From a phage, in sequence record PZ179880.1: a stretch of 64,000 bases of DNA, one strand, 5' to 3'. The position numbers and the translations under genes are program-made. Shown piece by piece: positions 58,722 through 64,000 of this stretch (positions within the stretch are counted from its first letter, which is position 1; each line of letters begins with the position of its first letter). The notes under the pieces were generated by a model that searched no databases, was not told the DNA's origin, and was given only the letters and a program-made list of their open reading frames with translations.

Positions 58722-59249
58722 TTATGCGAGTACCGTCTTTAACCGTTCTTCAAACTTCCGAAGAGTATTTTGGCGTTCAGCTCTTTGCTTTTTGTAAGTT
58801 TCAATACGCTCTGAAATGAGAGTGTATCGTTCATTTACTGATTCTTTCATAAAATCAGGAATTTCACGAGAAGCTTTAATCTCATCAAATTTATCAATAA
58901 CAGCTTGCTCTTCAGCAATTAAGTTATCATACATCAAAATATCTTTCTTGATGAACTCAATATCTTCTTGAGTTACACGAGATAATTTAGATGCTTTATC
59001 CTTTTTGTACTGTTCATTAGTATCACGAGACCAGTGTAATGTACGATTTTTATTCGTATTCTTGTAAATTTCTACAATACCAATCTCATCGATAATAACG
59101 ATCCAATTCCAACGGGATTTGTAAATTTGTCCTCCATCAACCGTGATTTCACCTCCGATTGAGATGTCATTAAAGAACTTGCTTTGTGCTTCAGATTTAA
59201 ATTTACCATCGTTATAATTTACTAAGTTGAAAATATCTTTAGCGTTCAT
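58722..59249 (-). CDS. Hypothetical protein (175 aa)
   Basis: ATG and GGAGG SD lie inside the 63-bp promoter repeat. Confidence 0.55.
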   Translation of the reverse strand: MNAKDIFNLVNYNDGKFKSEAQSKFFNDISIGGEITVDGGQIYKSRWNWIVIIDEIGIVEIYKNTNKNRTLHWSRDTNEQYKKDKASKLSRVTQEDIEFIKKDILMYDNLIAEEQAVIDKFDEIKASREIPDFMKESVNERYTLISERIETYKKQRAERQNTLRKFEERLKTVLA

Positions 59250-59277
59250 TTTCTGTTCCTCCGTAGTTGATAGGGTA

Positions 59278-59306
59278 ATAATACCACAGAGGAACAGTCT
59301 TGTAAA
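59278..59306 (-). promoter_or_regulatory. T4-type early promoter (-35 TTTACA, -10 TATTAT, TGn); exact copy of the one at 6527-6555
   Basis: 63-bp perfect repeat 59245-59307 = 6494-6556. Confidence 0.65.
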
Positions 59307-59309
59307 CCA

Positions 59310-59624
59310 CTAAAAGAAACTTCTTTCACAATTTTTTCCACTGAACCATGCACTTACCGCTTTCTTGGTCTCAGGAGCAGTGTTATCCATAAACCATTCA
59401 AAGGCAGCCTTTTTGTGATTCTGGAGGGCTTCTCGGGCTTTAATCTGCTCACGGTCTATTAACACTAACATATGAGCCTTTCTTGTCACCATGGGCTTCT
59501 TATGATTTTTTGAATACTCCCAGTCATTTGTCCATCGCATTGTCGTTGCGAACTTAAATACTGCTTCTTTAATTTTAGTTTCGTAAATTTCACGAGCCTT
59601 TGAGTATAACATCATTACCTCCAT
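59310..59624 (-). CDS. Hypothetical protein (104 aa)
   Basis: Minus-strand ORF. Confidence 0.5.
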   Translation of the reverse strand: MEVMMLYSKAREIYETKIKEAVFKFATTMRWTNDWEYSKNHKKPMVTRKAHMLVLIDREQIKAREALQNHKKAAFEWFMDNTAPETKKAVSAWFSGKNCERSFF

Positions 59625-59713
59625 TCACCAGTTTAATTCTAGTTATCTTTTTAATGGCAGTCCATATAATCTATTTCTGAACTGCCTTTTTGTCATAGAA
59701 GTCCTCTTATGAA

Positions 59714-60682
59714 TTATTTCAGAAGAGTAACCTCAGCAATTTCTTCCCAACCGTTTTTGTCGGTCATAATAAAGTCAGCAAGATAAAGAGCAGTACGCAG
59801 TGAAACATTGCGTAAACGATTAACATTAACTTTCATCCATGATAATGCTTTATAAGTTTCTTCATCAGAAAGACCGCGCTTTTGCATCATGTCAGTTGAA
59901 AGAATAACATCTTCAACCCTGACCATAATTTCTTCATTAGTGTGAACACCCAAATCCAAATAAACCGAGCGGGACACTAATGCTTGTAAATGTGGAGCAA
60001 GTTTAGTACCACGGTCTAATTCGCGGTCAATGTCAACGTTTGTGATAAAAACAATCGTTCCTTTAAATTCAAACTCACGCTCAATGCCTTTTTCTTCTAA
60101 GTAAGAAGATGCGGTGCTCCAGCAGACTTTACGGGTCTCTCCAGTGTCCAGAGCAGCTTTCAGAAGATTAAGAATGTCCATATCAGAGAAAACATCCACA
60201 TCATCAATCAAAAGGACAGAATTCTCTTCACGATTATTCCAAAGCTGCTCATAAAGACCAATACCAGAGATTTTACCATTAATGCTTTTATATTCAATGT
60301 ATCCAATATCATTTGCTTTATTTAAAGCTTTATCTAAAGAATACGTTTTACCAATACCTGCTGCGCCAGAGATAATTAATGAACGAATATTTCCATTAAT
60401 AATACCATTCGTCATCATTCCCATAACATTAAATCTTTTATTAATGCGGGTTTTCATATCTTCATACGATTCTTTAATTTCTTCAACTTTTACACCATCA
60501 TATGAAATATCTGATTTGTAAACCCAAACACCGCGACGTTTACCGTCAATTTCAACAAAAACTTTACCATCTCCTTGTGCATCTACCGGAGCATTATCTG
60601 GGAACCATTCGCCTAAGAGCTCAAAAGTTCCAGAGATTTCTTTACCGAAGTAGATACCCTTATTGATAGTTACAGTTTTCAT
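59714..60682 (-). CDS. P-loop NTPase (AAA-like ATPase), 322 aa
   Basis: Walker A GAAGIGKT, Walker B VLLIDDVD; start set at MKTVTINK with GGAGA SD. Confidence 0.65.
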   Translation of the reverse strand: MKTVTINKGIYFGKEISGTFELLGEWFPDNAPVDAQGDGKVFVEIDGKRRGVWVYKSDISYDGVKVEEIKESYEDMKTRINKRFNVMGMMTNGIINGNIRSLIISGAAGIGKTYSLDKALNKANDIGYIEYKSINGKISGIGLYEQLWNNREENSVLLIDDVDVFSDMDILNLLKAALDTGETRKVCWSTASSYLEEKGIEREFEFKGTIVFITNVDIDRELDRGTKLAPHLQALVSRSVYLDLGVHTNEEIMVRVEDVILSTDMMQKRGLSDEETYKALSWMKVNVNRLRNVSLRTALYLADFIMTDKNGWEEIAEVTLLK

Positions 60683-60718
60683 TTTATTCTCCAATTTTAC
60701 ATTTGTTTTGATAGGGTA

Positions 60719-60747
60719 ATAGTATCACACTACTACCCTGCTGTAAA
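60719..60747 (-). promoter_or_regulatory. T4-type early promoter upstream of the ATPase gene (-35 TTTACA, -10 TACTAT, TGn)
   Basis: Minus-strand GTTTACA..N17..TGATACTAT. Confidence 0.6.
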
Positions 60748-60751
60748 CAAT

Positions 60752-61015
60752 TTATTTTAATGTTTGCCAAATTTTTACTGCTTCGCGACGAGATACTTCT
60801 ACGGCGCCAAGTTCTATAGCTTTTTGGCGTCGCCGAGCGTGTAAGTCATAATGTTTAATGCGTTTATCTTGAAACCAAGAACGTTTCATTCCTATTGCTT
60901 CTGCCATTTCATGAAGCTCTTCAATATCTCCATCAGTGAACATATGACAATTTTTAGTTGGATGACCGCGAAGTTTCCATCCATGATTCATTAAAACATC
61001 TACGTAAACTGTCAT
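60752..61015 (-). CDS. Hypothetical protein (87 aa), possibly DUF4031-like
   Basis: MTVYVDVLMNHGWKLRGHP...HYDL pattern; family assignment from memory, low certainty. Confidence 0.45.
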   Translation of the reverse strand: MTVYVDVLMNHGWKLRGHPTKNCHMFTDGDIEELHEMAEAIGMKRSWFQDKRIKHYDLHARRRQKAIELGAVEVSRREAVKIWQTLK

Positions 61016-61161
61016 TGATTCTGCTCCAAATATGTTTCTATAATTTTCTGAGCGAGATAAACTGCATTATCTTCAGTTGCATCTTCTAAGAAACTTTCAA
61101 AACACTCTGAAATTTCTTCTGTGTCAATCAACTTTTTTACTTCAATTGGTGTAATTTTCAT
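61012..61161 (-). CDS. Hypothetical small acidic protein (49 aa)
   Basis: Track ORF trimmed to MKITPIEVKK..., the first ATG downstream of the promoter at 61199-61227. Confidence 0.35.
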   Translation of the reverse strand: MKITPIEVKKLIDTEEISECFESFLEDATEDNAVYLAQKIIETYLEQNQ

Positions 61162-61198
61162 TTTGTTTTTCCGTTTAAGTGTTTGTTTTGATAGTTGT

Positions 61199-61227
61199 AT
61201 AGTACCATAAAGCTTTATGCTTGTAAA
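61199..61227 (-). promoter_or_regulatory. T4-type early promoter (-35 TTTACA, -10 TACTAT, TGn, UP element)
   Basis: Minus-strand GTTTACA..N17..TGGTACTAT. Confidence 0.65.
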
Positions 61228-61250
61228 CAATTTTGTGAAAAATTTTTGAA

Positions 61251-61276
61251 ATAAAAAAGGGAGCCCGAAGGCTCCC
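61251..61276 (-). terminator. Rho-independent terminator after the nucleotidyltransferase-like gene
   Basis: Stem gggagcc/ggctccc, loop cgaa, then U-run on minus transcript. Confidence 0.7.
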
Positions 61277-61278
61277 TA

Positions 61279-62292
61279 TCATTTATAATAACTTCGGTGG
61301 TTTTCAAGATAAACCCTCTCAAGGAAGTCATCCCAAAAACCCATGTCTACTTTTTGCTGCATACCGTTCTTAGAAGCTTCAGTAGATGCTGCTTCTACTT
61401 GATCGACCACATCTTCCAAAAACTCTTGAACCGTTTTAAATGGATGTTTACCCAACTTCACGTCGAGAATAAATGGAGCATCTTGGAGTGGATAAACCAA
61501 GTCACCAGTTTTGTAAATTTCCAATAGTTGGAGTCCACCACGGCAAGCATGACTCAGAGCTTTCCAGTCAATACCTTCATTGGCTTCGGCCTTACGAGCA
61601 CGTTCACCGTATTCAGCATCTAATTTGTTCAGTGACTGCTTAAGCTCAATAAGAGAAAGCGTTGTCTGATATTTACGACCCAACACTGTGTAGAACGTCT
61701 GTGGGCCTGTTTTCTCATGATTATGGAACACCCATTCACAGAATTCGTTTTCTGGAAGACGATGCTTAATATCTTCAACTTTAGTACGACGCTGCTTAAT
61801 GGAACCGTCTTCTTGGTAATCAACCCATTGCTCAGGGATTTGATTAACTACTTTCAATACATCACGTAATGCAGCCAAACGAGAACCCTTAACGCCGTAT
61901 TTAGAAGCTTGCTTACGGACATATCCTAAATAGGATTTCATGTTAGTCGTATAAAAACGAGAACGGTTGTCTTGAATAAACTTCCACACATCAGGCAAAT
62001 CAGATTTAACCACTAGTTCAGGTGGAGTGTGAAGCATATCTAACGCTACAGTTTCACCATCTGCTGCTAATTTAAAGAAATACTTAAGACTATACAATTC
62101 GTGGTCAATATCATCTTTAGTGTTTTTAGATGATGTGTTGTTAGTGTTTTTACTCATGTGCTCTTTAACATTTCCGATAAGAATATCACGAGCAGGAGGA
62201 ACAAAGATTTCTTTAAAATCTACATCAGATTCTGGGGTAGAAGTTCCATAAAGATGACTACCAAAATAGCTTTTCATTACTGTTTTCATCAT
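61279..62292 (-). CDS. Predicted nucleotidyltransferase-fold protein (Pol-beta superfamily signature), 337 aa
   Basis: N-terminal GSHLYGTSTPESDVDF = hG[GS]-x(9-13)-DxD pattern, plus downstream acidic DMLH. Confidence 0.55.
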   Translation of the reverse strand: MMKTVMKSYFGSHLYGTSTPESDVDFKEIFVPPARDILIGNVKEHMSKNTNNTSSKNTKDDIDHELYSLKYFFKLAADGETVALDMLHTPPELVVKSDLPDVWKFIQDNRSRFYTTNMKSYLGYVRKQASKYGVKGSRLAALRDVLKVVNQIPEQWVDYQEDGSIKQRRTKVEDIKHRLPENEFCEWVFHNHEKTGPQTFYTVLGRKYQTTLSLIELKQSLNKLDAEYGERARKAEANEGIDWKALSHACRGGLQLLEIYKTGDLVYPLQDAPFILDVKLGKHPFKTVQEFLEDVVDQVEAASTEASKNGMQQKVDMGFWDDFLERVYLENHRSYYK

Positions 62293-62750
62293 TCAGCCTT
62301 ATATTCAATAACAGGACATACTTTAGCTTTACGAGCTTTTAAAAATTCGACGATAATCGATTTCTTGGGTTGAATAGGAGGTAAACCTTTATACGCCCTA
62401 TCAATATTTTCTACGTGTAAAGCATAATCCTTTTTCCATTTATAATCTTTATATTTTTCACGCAAATGCGCAGGAATAACAAATGAACCGATAATAAGTA
62501 AAACAAGCAAAATGGCAAGTATAAATGCTGATGGAATAAGAGTCCATAAACTACCAAAAATAAGCCATTTCTGTATGATTTCTGCACAGATGATAGTTAG
62601 ACCTACGAGTATAGTACATCCGAAAAAAGAAACGAAAAATGTAGGGATAACAATAGACCAAAAGTATGCGCATAGTGTCTTAGGTCGTTTCCATTCGTCG
62701 TTAAACATTTTAAATAATTTATAGTGCCAAGAGCTTTCATTAATAATCAT
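62289..62750 (-). CDS. Polytopic membrane protein (153 aa)
   Basis: At least three hydrophobic segments. Confidence 0.55.
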   Translation of the reverse strand: MIINESSWHYKLFKMFNDEWKRPKTLCAYFWSIVIPTFFVSFFGCTILVGLTIICAEIIQKWLIFGSLWTLIPSAFILAILLVLLIIGSFVIPAHLREKYKDYKWKKDYALHVENIDRAYKGLPPIQPKKSIIVEFLKARKAKVCPVIEYKAE

Positions 62751-62752
62751 AA

Positions 62753-63274
62753 TTATCCTTTCATTGAAGGTGTAACAGTTGTTAAATACTTAATCATAGC
62801 TTCAGCTTCTGATTTTGATAATGAAATTTCTTCATTGTTTTGACGAATAGAAATAAAATCCGGATGACGGTCACCACCAGCTTTTAAAACACACATATAA
62901 GTATCAGTTTCATCTTCAATATCTGAAATGATTGAAGCAGTTCCACACGAATGTGGTTTTTGATAAATCAATACAGCTTTTCTTCCACCATTTGACTGTT
63001 CATAAACTTTTAATACATCAAACAAATCACTTCTTTTATCAATAGCTAAAATGTTATTTTCATCTTCAATGTTAAATCCTTCGGATACTTCATAAAGTGT
63101 CACCCATAAATCACCTATATCGATAGTAGCATTTTCCTTTCCATGACTTTCAAGAGCATGACAAATTTTCTTAATTTCGTCATAACTCATTTTAATAATA
63201 TCATCTCCTTGAATAAGGAAGATGTCATTTTTAAATTCAACACGAATTAAACCGCTTCCACTTGAAATAAACAT
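62753..63274 (-). CDS. Hypothetical protein (173 aa); paralog of the next gene
   Basis: C-terminus SKSEAEAMIKYLTTVTPSM resembles neighbour TKDEAIALKTYLDSVIPTM. Confidence 0.55.
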   Translation of the reverse strand: MFISSGSGLIRVEFKNDIFLIQGDDIIKMSYDEIKKICHALESHGKENATIDIGDLWVTLYEVSEGFNIEDENNILAIDKRSDLFDVLKVYEQSNGGRKAVLIYQKPHSCGTASIISDIEDETDTYMCVLKAGGDRHPDFISIRQNNEEISLSKSEAEAMIKYLTTVTPSMKG

Positions 63275-63280
63275 ATTTCC

Positions 63281-63835
63281 TCACTTTGAAATCATAGTTG
63301 GAATGACAGAATCAAGATAAGTCTTTAACGCAATAGCTTCGTCTTTGGTAAATGTGACAATATGTGATCGAAAATCGTCAATTTGGCGAATAGTTAAGAC
63401 ATCTCCCTCTTCATAACATTTTGATACATTTAAAAGAGTTTCATCATTCTGATTGCAAGCGTTAGTAATAATAGCATTGCAATTTTTGAGCCATTTTAAA
63501 CTATGTTTTCTTTCATTAGAATAATAAAAATATTTAATCTTAGCTATAAAACTATCCCAATGGATAACTGATAAACACATTGACTCACTTTTAATATTAA
63601 ATCCTGGGCATGAAGAATAAAAATGAATTTTGTGCTCATCATTGATGCTTACTATTTTATCAGTATAAGGATATTCAATTTGGGTTAAATGAATGATTTC
63701 ACTAGGCGTAAAATATAGCATATCGTCTTCTTGCGTCAAACGATACATGTTATTTACTTTTTCTATAGCCAATTCACCAAAAAGCGGACTAACTTCTAAT
63801 ACTAATCGTTTCATATTAATCCTTTTTATTGGCAT
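63281..63835 (-). CDS. Hypothetical protein (184 aa); paralog of the previous gene
   Basis: Shared C-terminal motif with the 62753-63274 product. Confidence 0.55.
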   Translation of the reverse strand: MPIKRINMKRLVLEVSPLFGELAIEKVNNMYRLTQEDDMLYFTPSEIIHLTQIEYPYTDKIVSINDEHKIHFYSSCPGFNIKSESMCLSVIHWDSFIAKIKYFYYSNERKHSLKWLKNCNAIITNACNQNDETLLNVSKCYEEGDVLTIRQIDDFRSHIVTFTKDEAIALKTYLDSVIPTMISK

Positions 63836-64000
63836 GAATTTGTTCTAAAATTTTAGAGTATTCCTTTGTATCAGATTTACGTACAATCGATACACTATAA
63901 GGCATACTATCGGTATCTTTTATAAAGCGTTCCAAATGACACTCTAACAAAATTTCTGGGTTATAAATCGTGTACATCAAATTACCTGTTGCTCCACGAT
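63826..64000 (-). CDS. Hypothetical protein, 3' part only (N-terminus beyond window end)
   Basis: Open frame from window edge ending ...ILEQIHANKKD; overlaps next start by 10 nt. Confidence 0.35.

Overview
This window is a contiguous block of the early/middle region of a T4-like (T-even, Tevenvirinae) coliphage, read almost entirely on the minus strand. Gene order runs holin t (3' part, plus strand) - asiA - arn - motA - 52 - stp - ndd - denB - rIIB - rIIA - 39 - motB - dexA - dda - srd - modA - modB - soc - 56 - dam - 61 - sp - dmd - 41 - 40 - uvsX - glycosyltransferase - 42 - imm - 43 - regA - 62 - 44 - 45 - rpbA - 46 - 47 - alpha-gt - 55 - nrdH - nrdG - nrdD - 49 - pin - nrdC, followed by about 10 kb of uncharacterised ORFs. 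Protein identities are from my memory of T4 sequences, lengths and synteny; no database search was run. The genome looks more T2/T6-like than T4: gene 39 is one fused ORF (no gene 60 split), nrdD has no intron, no seg/mob homing-endonuclease genes are seen, and a 280-aa GT-A glycosyltransferase sits where T4 has beta-gt. I mapped 20 T4-type early promoters, one late promoter (soc), and recurrent UUCG-tetraloop hairpins between genes. Many ORFs below the 60-aa track cutoff were found by hand, including stp; several track ORFs begin at GTG/TTG and were re-started at the first ATG with an SD. The most interesting unexplained items are a PD-(D/E)xK-like ORF next to dam, a convergent plus-strand membrane ORF, a four-gene coiled-coil paralog array, and a P-loop ATPase / nucleotidyltransferase-like cluster. 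No tRNA, rRNA, CRISPR or transposon was seen.
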